Assembly: GCA_050230475.1 (NCBI GenBank)
Contig: JBFLGF010000154.1
Location: 1 to 64,000 of the forward strand
Length of the DNA: 64,000 nt
From: Ancylonema sp.
Lineage: Eukaryota
Reading direction: 5' to 3'
Positions 24,279-37,152 of the stretch are shown here, in pieces. The notes beneath the pieces are model-generated. The model did no database searches. It worked only from the letters and a program-made list of their open reading frames with translations, and had not been told where the DNA came from. A program made the translations under genes and the position numbers. How positions within the stretch are numbered: position 1 is the first letter of the stretch; the number at the start of each line of letters is the position of its first letter.

Positions 24279-25566
24279 TAAGAAAAAAATATTCAAAAAA
24301 AAAAAGTGAAAGAAATGCCTTTGAAAAAGACCACAAAGAAATAAGTGGATATGCTACGACTCCTACTCTTTATCCCACGTTCGGATTTTGAACTGAATGC
24401 AAGATCACATGGATCACACGGATCTGTGCGAAGGGAAAAGCACACTAGTCAGCGAGGCACACGAGGAAGCCACAGTCATCGAATGTTGTTCCTTCTTTGT
24501 TTTTTTTCATTTTCTTCTCATTTTTAATTTATTTTTTCTCCTTTTTCCTCCTTCTCTTTCCTTTTCCTTTTTTCTTTAACACGGATTAATAGAGTTATTG
24601 ACCAAGTTGGAATCATAAGGGCACGATGACTTACACTAGTGGTTAAAACCAGGCCTACAACCTCTTGTGGATGCAATTTAGATTTCTTGCCGACCCCGTA
24701 CTCACCAATTGTCACCCCACCGACCTGTCAGATCGCGGTTGCCACGTCACGATTCCGGACGACACGTCCGTATCCGTTGGATCACACTCTCGGGGAACCG
24801 TACGGACCAACCTGTCGCACCCAACAGGACACCCTGCAAGTGACTTGACACGTATTACAATCGTGAAAGACATTCACATGGACCTTGAAAATCATTTTTT
24901 TTTCCTTCTTCTTATCATTTGCCGGCTTGGTTTGGTTGTTTCACACCCAACCTTCTGATCCCTCCACTCCTCCATTTCCTTGTAATAACGGGGCTTCTGC
25001 AGTTTCTGCCCCCCCCCACCCCCTCCCCCCCAATCGCACCCGTTCCCAGCAACCGGCGCATTTGACTCTCTTGAATCCGATGCTTGTGGAGGCGATTCAG
25101 AATCGGTAGTCTTGGGAACACTTTCCGACACCGGTATTTCATTGAGGCGGAGTACTGATTCTGTATTCCCTCCCCCTGGTTTTTCTTCTGGCACCACCCG
25201 CGCTGCATGTGAAGAATTCCCTCCGGATCCTTGTTGACTTTGACCGACTAGATCCGGTTGACTTTGACCAATAGGAGCAAGTTGACTTTGGCTGCTCGGG
25301 TCTTCACGATTCTCCCCCTCCCCTTTCCCCTTCGCGTGGCTCGACATCTGATTCAGCAGTAGTCCTTGCACACCTGGGTGCTGAGTCAGCACGGGTATCC
25401 GGGCGGCAGACCATCCTTGGGAGGCCCAAAATATTTCTTTGGTCAAAAGCGCGACGCACGAAAAAGGCAGAATGAGAATCAACAAGTATCTGAAACAAGA
25501 CAGAGGTAAACACGAATGAGTCCTTTGAAAATGCTCTTTATTAATTGGCCAGATATTCATTCTCAT
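20466..25566 (-). CDS. GDP-fucose protein O-fucosyltransferase family (plant OFUT36-like), type II membrane protein, ~619 aa. Exons 25566-24952, 24843-24725, 24043-23901, 23217-23096, 22854-22570, 21979-21707, 21245-21064, 20586-20466
   Basis: N-terminal TM plus low-complexity stem. Motifs WQPRSDRFLLAICSMGQLSNRLMC, AAFLNRTLVLP, SLHLRRGDF, LFVATN, FLDKTICALARVFLGTFGSTYS and SCDDNFCSLAEEPNF. All phases consistent; the start codon and the exon 2 acceptor are less certain. Confidence 0.85.
22394..22566. mobile_element. Tc1/mariner (pogo-like) MITE inserted into a 5' splice site. Related copies at ~36843-36958 and ~43875-44048
   Basis: TA|CACTCAAACCCCGATATA...TATATCGAGGGTTGAGTA|TA. Confidence 0.85.
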
Positions 25567-27021
25567 TTTTTTCTGTGGTTGGCATCCTCCAGTTCGAATG
25601 AATCCTCCCACCTCTAGTAAGTACCCACAGGCAGTGCCATTTTGGAAACGAAATATAACACAGTGCGCAGATTCAGGTCGAGATGGTTTTGGCAAAGGAA
25701 AAATTTGTACTTTCCCATGACTAGGAAGTTTTCGGAAAGGCGAGCCCTTCGCAGATTGCGGGCTCACAGCTCAATTCAAGTCCGGCTCAGCCATATGAGG
25801 CCAACGTAGGGCGCCGAGGCCAACGATTGGCTTGGTTTCAAGTTGCTAGGCTCAATGGGCTCGTAGGCCCATGGGTTCACGGGCTCATTTGATCCATTTT
25901 CTTGTCTTCCGCAATTTTCCATTGTACGGCAATAAATATGACAAATTGGAAGGCGTATGAGGGGGAAATACGAGCACGATGAAAAATACTCCGAGGGAAG
26001 AAGAATCGCAGTAGTATACCCATCCCATTGGAAGGCCTACCAACAATCCAAAACTCCACCAACAAATGATACAGAGGAATGGGAGGGAGCAAATACGGAC
26101 CATGCTCCTAAACAATGTCCTAGGAAGCATACCAAGAAACATGTGTATTATACAAAGATAAAATCACACGCGGCTCGAGATAATCTGGCGTCAATGATCA
26201 TACGAGTCATTGTACTTTGACAAACATGGTAGTTGTCACTTGTGTTTGTCAAAATTATCAAAACGGAATGACACTTGCCCTTGGTTTTTGTATCAATTCG
26301 ATGATATTAAACCTCACAACAACAATCACTGAGGTCCGATAAGTCGTTTACCGGAAGTATGATTGTGCGGACCGCATATTCTGTCGCGGTTAATACCGTC
26401 CGCGCCAAGTCCGGACATTTAAACCCGTGACGTTTCATAACAATAATAGTGCCGAGCGATAAAAATAGTGTAACCGCTCTAAGGCAAGTGAACCGCTTCC
26501 GAGCAGCAAGTATTGCCGGTAAAGCGAGTCTAATAGCTACTAATGCAACTAACCGTACTTGCGACTTTTAATACCCCACTCAAATAGTATTTGGGGCTAG
26601 GGTGGGGTAACGAAATCGATGCAAAATTTGGGCTTTTCGGGGGTTTCTATAGCCATGGGGCAACAATAATTAATCACTTGTGGCTGGGGGAAGGGGTTGG
26701 AACTCGATTAGAGTAATTATTTTGTGAGAAGGGTGGGGTATTGAAGTTGGAGAGTATGGTATGCCCTTGGCGCCGGATTGACTACGGATCGGATCGGGCA
26801 ACATTCAATTTATTTTTATTCGTTTTTTATTTTTCTTGGGGGGGGGTTAAGCCACAAGTAGTGCATATGCTTATATTTGTCTCATCGATTTTCATCTTAC
26901 GTTCGGCGTCTCCGATCTGGATCGGCTCGAAAATTCCCCGATCGGATCAAACCAATTATGCTTGGTGATTATCTCCATCCAGTACAATTCTCATGAATTA
27001 GAACACACGATATAAAATTTC

Positions 27022-27386
27022 CATAGTTGCACGGACCGGCAAGATTGTTTTTTCGGAACGCGGTCGGACCGGGTCCGGAGTCGGGACCCGGTCGGACCGG
27101 GCATCTTTTCAGGTTTCTGTCCACCCCGGCAATTTTCGGGGGGAGTGGACATGTCGACTAATTTTGAAGAGATGCTTTTATTTTCCATTTGTTCCCGATG
27201 CACGAGCCAAAATGATTTTTTTTTTTTTTTTAACCGTTTTTTTTCTCTACGGCAAATATTTCATGATCACAAAAGAAAGTCAGAAAGCATCCTACAATGG
27301 GCGGTCCGGCATTTTGGCCTAGAATGACGGACCCCGTTCCGGAACCGAGACCTCGGAACCCCGGTCCGCCAGTCCGTGCAACTATG
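27022..27386. mobile_element. hAT MITE, short inverted relative of 5079-6223
   Basis: CATAGTTGCACGGACC...AGTCCGTGCAACTATG. The right ~60 bp resemble the reverse complement of 5079-5140. Confidence 0.85.
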
Positions 27387-27924
27387 ATTTTTTCCGAATT
27401 ATTGAGAATTCATATTTGTTTCTCAAATAGACTCTCAAATACCACATTCAATAAGATTTTTGTCTTTAAATGAAGGATTTTCAACTAGAGTGAGCCTCTT
27501 TATCGGATTCAAAATATGATGTACCGATGTTGTGCTATAGAAACATGATAACCGGTCTTAGGCTAAATTTCCGCTACCAATCACCAAATATTGTCAGTCA
27601 AGCGAGTCCGACTGCGACGCCTACGACATAGGTCCTCGAAATTACAAAAAATACGTTTAAGAATAAATGACGATATATCGAGGTGTCTCTATAAAGTATA
27701 TAATGACGTCTTATCACATTTCATAATACTGTCACTTCATCAAGGTAATGTGTAAATTAGGGTACATAACGCCCATTTCTGCACCAAACATATTGAGTGT
27801 CTATATGGTTTTCCTATGGTTACAACAAATTCTCGTGTGTGTTTAAATATGTGTTAAACAAGTGCTCACGTCGAATTCGATCACACCTTATCAAAATACT
27901 CGATTTTTGGACCGTCAGTGAATA

Positions 27925-28486
27925 CCGTACCGGCCAGATTTAATGACCCGGAAACTAATTACCAATTTGCCGTTGGGTTTAAAATCCGGGTCATAAATAT
28001 TAAATCCAAGGGCGCTCCTGGGTCCTTGGAGCAAGTCTGAGTCTTTATTCATTAATAGGAAATTATGCGACCGACTACAAATTGTCAGGATTATGTACAA
28101 ACTGTACGGAATAGAAGTGTGGGAATCATGTCTTGCAAGAGCTTGCGTACGGCCAGACCCGTGCGCCGCCGACCTATGGATACGAATCGGACGATAGAAT
28201 GGAGGTGGACGGTCTACTCAAGGGACAGCGTCCGTCCAGCCCGGGTTTCTACGATTTTTTGGAAAGATTCTGTGACCGATATTACATTTCTTTTGACATT
28301 TATACCGTTCTGTAGGATTTTAGGAGCTAATTTACCCGTTAGCAAGGTGGGTCATATGTAAAAAAAAAGGGGTGGGCGAATTGCTTGGGCGTAAAAAATG
28401 ATTTCTGGATGGTGGGCGGAGTGCTGGGTCTTTGGCTTATAATTTCCATACTGGGTAGGGTGGGGCATTAAATCTGGCCGATATGG
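27925..28486. mobile_element. Mariner-type MITE (CCGTACCGGCCAGATTTAATG). Related copy at ~34073-34375
   Basis: TA|CCGTACCGGCCAGATTTAATG...CATTAAATCTGGCCGATATGG|TA. Confidence 0.75.
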
Positions 28487-28562
28487 TAACCTGGAAACTG
28501 CGTGGTGACCTCTCTCTTGGCTTTTTCTTCTATTCTGAACCACAAACACTTGTATTGAATGG

Positions 28563-30330
28563 CTAAACAAGGCCTCCTACCACCATCAGCCCTACCAGTA
28601 CTAACCACACCAAATGGACCAATAATAAAGAATCCCATGCTTTAAGTCTCCACGAGCTCCCAGTAAATGAATCCGAACTGCATATTCCTACATATGCGAC
28701 CTCTGTCCGTGCGCATGCAGCAGAGGGGGCTCCACACCTGACGCAAGCGCGGGAAGACCAAAAAATGCAAAAAGGTCAAAAAGGTCAAAAAGGGAAAAAA
28801 GGGCAAAAAGGGTAATGAGACTTGGGTATGACAAGCCGTCACAAGTGAAGCGCGTTGGAGCGACCTCAGGATGGCAATGGATGGATGCTGGGAGGGATCT
28901 GATTCAGATTGTTTCCTTGAAGCATATATTTGGGCGTGTACTATACGCATTGATGCAGACAGACACGTCTACCACTCAATGCGGATATCAGGAACCAAGA
29001 AGGTGTCTCAATCATCGGACAAGGGAAGTTGTTTGTGCTAGTGTTTGTGAGAGGTGGAGATGAAAGACTTCCATATATAACATATATATGTTTTTGTTCA
29101 TCAAACCGGGTCGACTACAAGGTGAGGGATGCTCACCAGTATGTTACAGAGTCTTTGCCACACACTCTGCAACCAAGAAAGTTGCGGGGTCAACAAAACA
29201 ATACAACATGCAACGACAAATAACACAAAGATCATACAGGCATTTACATTATAGCAATATAGTTCCAGAGTTCGTATTGGAATGCCAAGCTAATAGTTGT
29301 CTCTGTAAAACATCTTCCTAATAATTGGATTAAAAAAAAAAAAAAAAAAAAAAAGGCCCTCCAGTGCCTGATATGAAAGGCAACCATGGACGTCACTGGT
29401 GAGGCAGCTACAATTAAGCACACAGATATAACCCTTCAAACCATGCTCTCCTATATTCTGCCATATTCTATCACATTCTGCCATATTCTCCCACTTTCTG
29501 ACTAATTCTGCACGTATGCTACAGATGAAAGAAAGCTTACGGATCTGGCCGAAGACAATTGATGTGACAGCCCAACTTCTGTATGCATTTTCCTGAAGGT
29601 GGTAGGGGAAAAGTTATCGAAATTCAGAGTTGTGGTAGAGCAAGTCGCAACCGCGACACCACATATTGCATAGCTGCAGTTGGCATAATGCATTCGAAAC
29701 TGCTGTGTGTACTTTTGTGAAGAACGAAAGAGAACATAAGGCAGACAGTGTGGTAAGGGGCTGTTACCATGATAGAGAATAGTTACACCTGCTTGGTAAG
29801 CATCACACTCTGAGGGAAAGACGGCATTTCCTGAACAACAGACCTGTAAGCAAGGTCCACGACGATTCCAGAAGCTGATGTAAGACACGGAATTCTGATT
29901 GCACACGTGAATATGATTGTTGTTTGCCTCTCTAACAAAACTATGTCGTTAAGGTCAAATGTTGCGGTGCCACAGTGTCAGCTGTGCGTCAGCAGTTGAT
30001 CCTCGCAGCACGTCAGTGGACAATGAAGGCGCTCCAATAAGTCCTAGTACCACAGAATCTTATAGAAGTAAGTAGGGAAATTGACTGATCTCGTGCCATT
30101 GCCTGCAATGACTGTTTCCCCGTGTGACCTCACTAATGGAAATGCGGCGGATGTGCATACTCATTAGGGTGGAAATGAAAAGGGTGAGCCCTCACAGGTC
30201 CTGAAGTACTATTACACGGCAGCAACTGCGTTTGGTCCTGCAAACCCACTGGAAGAGCTGTTGCGGCTCCAGCCAAGCAGATAATGAAACAACAGAGGAG
30301 CCTGGCTCCTCGTGCATCAGAGAGCTCCAT
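28563..30330 (-). CDS. Secreted/membrane-anchored Kazal-type serine protease inhibitor with two Kazal-like domains, ~155 aa. Exons 30330-30196, 29843-29768, 29592-29541, 29166-29137, 28737-28563
   Basis: Signal peptide. Domain 1 PCNSTSGPVCCSGNAVFPSECDAYQAGVTILYHGKC. Domain 2 CHINCLRPDPVCGKDSVTYWCGAPSAACARTEVAYVGIC. C-terminal LLLVHLVWLVLVGL as in land-plant Kazal proteins. Phases consistent. Confidence 0.85.
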
Positions 30331-31098
30331 AGTTAACCTAACCAGAAACAGACGTGTTTCTGCGAGAACCAAGGTGGATACTAGATAAGCGAGAGCACTG
30401 TGAGACATCGAACAGCATACATAATTAAAATCGGGGGAGCAGATTAATGAACTAACTTTTGGGCACAGCGTGTTTTATAGAAGACATCTTGTTGACAAAA
30501 TCAAGGGTTGATGACTCAAAAATTGAGCACGGCATTCAGCGACTCGTCAGTCGTTTTTTTTTTTTTTAAGCACCGGTAGTACTGACGATTGCACTAATAC
30601 ACCGACTCAACCGTAACGAATTCGCTGCATCGACCAAAGTGCAGGTACGGGCAACAAGTGAATACCGAGCAGCATGTCGGCACTCATCAAACCAACCCCT
30701 CCGCAAAGTTCCTTCACAATGAAAAATCGATTTGATAGCAACGTCAAAATGTTACGTTATGGTCTCAGATGTGCATAACATAGCAGGCGGTCGTCAAGCT
30801 GCGTCTCACCTTGACATCATTTCAGACTGCCTACTTAGTTCCCTCTCCACCATCTCCAACCCATTCCAGAGTCAACGCAAGCAAGCGACCGTTTCTCCCA
30901 CCGGTGCATGTACGGACGTTGAACGCAAGTGCCTAAGGTTTGAACGCAAATCGTGTTCCTCGAAACTCTCTGTGCTCCGCTATGCAGAGGGTGTCAGTTG
31001 AAAAAGGACTTGAAAAACTTGATGTTGACTTGGAGGCAACACGACTATAGACACGTGGCACGTCACAACCGATGTCGACCCCGTTAAATTGAAAATAT

Positions 31099-32178
31099 AT
31101 GTCGTTGAGGGAACGATTTTCTCCCTCATTATTAATTGCAAACGGCGGCAGCGGCAGCGGCAGCGGCAGCGGCAGCGGCAGAAAAATTGCCCTGAGCCCT
31201 CTTGATGCCGGTGTCACGTTGTCTAAACTATTTCGAGTGTCAGGCCGCGTATATCCTTTCTCACCCGTCCCACTCCTTGCTGGCGTACCAATGGCGCAAC
31301 TATTGTCTCCAAGGTGGACTCCTCTGGTTGATACGAAGTTAACGTGCCTTAGCGGTGTCCGTATGTGCTGCAGAGAAGTAGGTGTAGGCACCTTCAGCGT
31401 CAGAGCAGTAGGAATTCATTTCCAATGCGAGCTCGCAAACCGCAGGCCTATGCACCTGACCTTGGAGACATCATACGTTAGGCAATTAGGAATTTCTCAG
31501 TCCCTAATCAGAGCTTCTAGGTATTCTAGTATAAAACTATGTGCTACCTCTCAATCAGAACTAACTTCAGATGGCTGTTTAGAATGCCCTGGAGTGCAAC
31601 CAGAATTAATCAAGGGTAACGATTCTGAAGCCCCTGACTTGAGTTCTCGAAGGATTTCGGAGATGCAGACGGAAGCGTCCAAAAAGATCCGTCAGTTGGC
31701 AATATCTGGGAGTCTGACACAGGCCATGGACGTGATGGAGAATCTCCACGCCGCTGGCGTGCAGCCTGATGCTATTGCTGCCACCGCATTGGTTGACTGC
31801 TGTGTTCGTTGCAACGACCTTTCTCGAGCAGAACGAGTATTTGAGTCTTTGTTTGATAGCGCTGGGTCCTTGAGACCGGATGGGATAGCTTTCTCGGTTT
31901 TAGTGCGGGGTTTTGGAGCTGAAACACCTCCCCAATGGATAAAAATACAAAAACTTATGGCTCGGATGGAGACGGAATATTTTACGAAGCCGACAGTTGC
32001 TGTGTACAACGAGTTGTTGGATATCTGCGTCAGAACAAACGACATAGATAAAGGTACAGAATTGCTGGACAAGATGCGAGCGTCGGACATCTCGCCAGAC
32101 TACCAAACTGTCGAAGCAATCAAAAGAAAGCGGATGCTGAGATCACATTTCAAGAAGGTTTTTTCTGACAAAATCTGA
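31099..32178 (+). CDS. Pentatricopeptide-repeat (P-class) protein, intronless, probably organelle-targeted. True start may be a downstream Met (e.g. 31291)
   Basis: About 3-4 PPR-like units: AGVQPDAIAATALVDCC, LRPDGIAFSVLVRGF, KPTVAVYNELLDIC, ISPDYQTV. (GGCAGC)n repeat at 31144-31180. Confidence 0.85.
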   Translation: MSLRERFSPSLLIANGGSGSGSGSGSGRKIALSPLDAGVTLSKLFRVSGRVYPFSPVPLLAGVPMAQLLSPRWTPLVDTKLTCLSGVRMCCREVGVGTFSVRAVGIHFQCELANRRPMHLTLETSYVRQLGISQSLIRASRYSSIKLCATSQSELTSDGCLECPGVQPELIKGNDSEAPDLSSRRISEMQTEASKKIRQLAISGSLTQAMDVMENLHAAGVQPDAIAATALVDCCVRCNDLSRAERVFESLFDSAGSLRPDGIAFSVLVRGFGAETPPQWIKIQKLMARMETEYFTKPTVAVYNELLDICVRTNDIDKGTELLDKMRASDISPDYQTVEAIKRKRMLRSHFKKVFSDKI

Positions 32179-32955
32179 CCTCATTCAGGAGCAAAGTAAC
32201 TCAAAGTTACCTCATTTTATTGCTTTGTAAATTTCTGTAATCTATACATGATGCATCTATACTAGAGTGTTTACGGTATCTGGCCGTCAGCATAGTCATT
32301 CTGGGAGTAGGAACGTTGGGCGGCTATCGGAACTTCAGCAATGAGGGGGCTCTATTGAAAGTCTTAAGGAATTGAAGAATCCTGAATCCTGAATTGTAGA
32401 AGGATAGGGGTCTATCCTGTATGGACGGAGCTGGCTTCTTGAAATGATATACAAGTCAAGTTTTTTTAGTTGCCATACTAGCTTGCCAGCCAGCAATTGA
32501 CGTTTAAATGTGCATCATGGTCCGAGGTAGCATGGTGAGTGGGGAGAGGGAAGATGCCCGTTGGATGGTAGCATATGGCGAAAGTGTAGTATTACAAATG
32601 GATGCCAGGTCGTTTGTCGGTTCCCGTAATAAAGGGAATTTCTTATGGATGCCCTTGGAAAACATCACATTAGAAAACATCACAATATTGTACACCACCA
32701 TGTATATTACATATGGGGTATTGTTGAGTTGTTCATCATTTGTACGACCCTTTTGTTCCTTTTGATGAAAACGATATCTAAAATGAGATCCCGTCAATAC
32801 TTTTATAATCTGTCCTCAATCGTTCGCATAAATGCAAATGAATGCTTTCCGTGAACCTTGTAAATTATTCATTGGGCTTGAGTAGGGATGAGGTACTCCG
32901 AACCCTTCGTAGGCGAGTACGTTGCAATTGCTTTTCCCATGTCGTTACTTTTTAC

Positions 32956-34928
32956 CGTAGTTGCACGAACCGGAACCAGGTATTAAGGTCCGCATTTCGG
33001 ACCCGAGTCCGTCCTTTGAGGCTATAAACTCCTACCACCGGGTGTAGAGAACTCGTATGCTTTCTTTCAAGGGTTCTTAAGGTATTTTGCGGAAAGTAAG
33101 TTCGGAAAACATTTAGATGTGACTAACTTGGTCTTGTGCATGGTAGAAAAATGTTCGTAAGTGGTCTTGGCTGGAATTCCCAGCTATGTCGACGTTTGCT
33201 CCCAAAAATGCCCGCCAAATGGAAAAAAAACTCAGAACTACAAGGTTCGTCCCAGTCAGCATCTTGGACCAAGGCGGACCTCGGTTCCAAAAATTGTTGC
33301 ACTGTTGCACGAGACAACCGCTTCCGAACCGGATCTTAGATGGAACCGGTTCCGGCAAAAGTGGCCTATACTTCGGAAATATCGAAATAAGGTAACATGC
33401 TACAACCAAAAAAAAAAAAAAAAAAACACTTTCTGTTTGTTTGTGTGTCTCGAAACGATCTACCCAAAAAAATAATATAAAAATAAATAAAAAAAGTGAT
33501 ACACAATGTAGACAAACTTTGAAACCGTTGACACGTGTAACCCCTCCTATTTCTATGTTGATTTCTATGTTTTGACAGGCTCGTCATGTTCCATGTTTCC
33601 ATTCATGTACAACAAGTTGATTGAAAAGGTTAGATCTCATTGAATGCATCCGAACAACGCCCGCATTCGCTATGTTTCTCCTTATTGTCATGAAGGCCCG
33701 ATACATCCATTTCAAAATGTTCACATATTGCGAGAATGTATATTCAACAATCATTATCATTTCACTCATTTATCATTTCTTATCATTTTCCCAATTTTAC
33801 TCTTTCCCTCCTTCAAGTTCATTGCTCATTGCAGGTACATAAAACATTTACATGTTGATATTCAACTATTGTACTACAATATTCACTTGGCCATCCAAAA
33901 TTTATACAACTTCAAGCTACACGTCTGGTGTTATGCTCTCAACATCCAAAAATTGGAAGGTATTTGAAGATCCCATCCGTCAACTTTAAATCATGTCTCC
34001 AATCTTCTCACATAAATACATAATATTTTCGGACTCTAATTACATCATTTCCCTTCTCCAACTTTTGCAATACCAAGCCGGCCAGTCTTAATGCCCGACG
34101 CTATCCGGGATGGAGGTAATAAGCCATAGATCCAGAAATCCGCCCGCCCCCCCCAGCAACCTGAAATTAATCGTTTTTAAGCCCCACAAACCGGGAAATA
34201 CCGTGAATTTGAAAAAAGAATAAGTGGGAATCACCGGGGATTGGCTTAAAAACTCCGGAATTCCGGGGACTAAGGCCCGAGGAGCGACCTAGAAAGTAAT
34301 ATTTATTACCTAGATTTCTAGACCCAAAGGAAAACTAGTAATTGAATTTAGGGTCATAGAACCTCGCCGGCACGGTAGTCGGAATATTTTAAATGAAGGA
34401 AAATTGTGATGCACTTTCGACCCTTGATTTTCTTCCCTTCACGTAAATATTATTTATATACCATTTATGATCTTTCATGTTCTCGTTTCTTAGTACCCAT
34501 ACATATACAAGTATTTCTACAAATGCTCGATACAAATGCTTCTACTTCTATGCTCTTAATGCATACAATCTTACAACCGCAATGAGCTTTCCGCAATTAT
34601 ATATGCGACATGTCTTGGAATGGCGCGATCAAGGAATTGTAATAGATAAACTTTGCGCCATATTTTTGCGAACACAACATTCGAATATATTTGAATAATA
34701 TATCTATTTAATTTTCTATTGTACAACCATAAGTGACGGGCTGCCGTGATTATCTATCCGTACTATCATATATTATCCCCCCGTATTTTTATAGTGGTGA
34801 AAATATGTATTTCCGCGAAAAATAGGTAAAACCTGGAAATTTCCCGGTTCGCCCGGTTCCGGTTCCGAACCGGTTCCATTTCGGAATCGGTTACAACATT
34901 AAAAAAACGGCCGATTCGTGCGACTACG
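32956..34928. mobile_element. Larger non-autonomous hAT-like element (CGTAGTTGCACGAA termini) with a nested mariner MITE
   Basis: CGTAGTTGCACGAACC...GATTCGTGCGACTACG. GGAACC/GGTTCC subterminal repeats. No clear TSD. Confidence 0.65.
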
Positions 34929-35161
34929 GTTCGGTTGATTCGGGCACCTGTTTTTCACTATCAATCGATGTACGTGCTTGCAAACCCGTGCTAGAAAATA
35001 CAAAAACGAGATTTATGAGGTTTTATGCTCTAGCTAGAGACTTTTGGACCGTGCCCAAACCCATATGATCTTGCTTATTTGGCTTCGGATTTTTATGTGG
35101 GAACTTTAAACAACCCTCGAACCCTCGATCGCAAATTTATTAACCGATAGAGATCACATCG

Positions 35162-35254
35162 GAAAAGACTTCATTCGGAAATGAAGACTCGTTGGAGTAT
35201 TGGAAAGTGCGGGAAGCAACATCGCCTCAGCTCGGTAAACTCGCACTTACCTAG
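35162..35254 (+). pseudogene. Possible relic of a hAT transposase C-terminal dimerisation domain
   Basis: EDSLEYWKVREATSPQLGKLALT* resembles the D-x-L-x-W-W-K...P-x-L-x-x-L-A consensus. Short and truncated. Confidence 0.35.
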
Positions 35255-37152
35255 ATTGTGGTGTTCTTGATCAGCTGTCCAAGAGCAAATGTGGTGAAGA
35301 ACAACACAATTAGTCCCTTGGCCCCCCAATCTTGGGGCTAAAGGGAGCTATCCGGGCTGAATGGAGCTCGGTGAGGACGAAAAATAAGATTATATTATAA
35401 AACTTCAAACAAGACATGGGAACATCACTTACTTATATAAACCGCGGGTCGCGGTCCATTTTACCCTGACCTGGGATTTGGGTCCCTGTCTAGAGGTCTA
35501 ACAACCCGACCGGCCAATTGGGGTAACATCGTATTCGAAGTACATTTTTTTTTCCCGGATCGAAAAGTCCGGAAGTATTTTAAACGTTTTTTTATTTGCT
35601 TTGTGCATTATGTAAGAAAATAAAATTAATACATAAAGTACAACACTCCAAGCTAACAACGGGTAAAACTTAATAATTTCGAGAACAGGTACAACGCTCA
35701 AATAGTCCGAATATTTCAAATATCCATTAATGATTGATTTAGCACTTAATTCCACTCGATTTTCACATTGTAATGTGGAGGGCTGGGTTCTACAGTCGTT
35801 TGACTGATCTACTTTTCGTGTGCTTCAAGCTGTACGTGCGAGTGTTTTGTATGTAATGATATGCATTTGCTTTTGGGAGACAATAAATAGTCTTCACGTC
35901 CCTATAAATATTTCAAACGATTATTCATCGTCAACATCGGTGTCTCCATACTTCCCAAAAGAGTCTTGCAGTGGAGATGCTGGTATTCTCGATTCACACA
36001 TCTAAGAAAAGTGTTATTTTACCAAAGTTCCAAGCAAAACCATATCATATGCCAACTATTCTACACGTCTCTAAAATTACAAGTAACTAGTGACAAAGAG
36101 AAAGTAACAAAATCACATGTTGATAAAGCGATAGAAGTTGTTTCCACATAATGTGAATTGTCGGACGACTCAAGTTATCTAATCCACTCACATCAACTCA
36201 TTCACCCTCTTACAACCTTTATTGCTGACTCTTGATTCACTTGAACTCAACACTACAACAATGTAACTAAACGAAATAGATAAGAGAACACCAATACCCA
36301 CACTAATCCCGTTTAAACTTACTTATGTAAAGTGCAGGCTAGACGTAATGACTTGTTAATATTAACATACTGAGTTATTGCCGTTGTTGACCCATCATTT
36401 GATCCACCCGTGCACCCAAGAGAAAATTTCCCAACTTTTTTAAACGCCAATTAGTATTCACTGACCCGCCCTTCCACCAATTGATTTTCTTATGCTCCAC
36501 CCTTCTCGGAATTATTTGTAGGTCATTATCTCCGGCCAGTACGGTATTTAGCGAGCCACACGTGGTGCCTAGGCACAACGTTCAGGGCCCTAAAACAAAC
36601 GAAGAAAAAAAATTAAAAAACATAAAATAAAAAACATAACAAAACAAATAACAACCACGTGTAAAGTCATTGAAAATCGCCACGTCTCTCTTGGTCTCGA
36701 TCGCGGATTGAGCGGACTGATGTCGGTGACGGTTTGGGTAAGTACCGAAATTCTTATTCCGTTGAGGACGATCGCACGTGTAATCTTCCATGAGCACTTG
36801 TGAACAAAACACGGACGCGTGTGGTTCACGTCCCAAGTTGGTACACTTAAACCTCGTTATAAGAAGCTCCGATAGAAGAAACTCTTTGCTATAAGAAACT
36901 ATTCGCTGTAAGAAAATATTTTTCAAATGTTTTTTGAACAACTCAAGGTTTGATATATACAAGAAAAACTCGGTGTAAACAACCTTGTTTTTTTATTTTT
37001 GGAGGTTTATTATTTAGGGGTTTGAGTTCACAAAACAAATATCGAATAGTTTACATTCTATTTTCTCATCTGACTGGGTGGGGCCGGTAGGGGGTGGGTA
37101 GAGTTTGGTGGGGCTGTATGGCCCTCGAGGGGCCTGGGAAGGGATTGGTGAG

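Noticed and set aside
25567..25767. N-terminal extension of ORF 24892-25767
   Set aside because: Begins at a non-ATG codon. The first ATG before the TM segment is at 25566.
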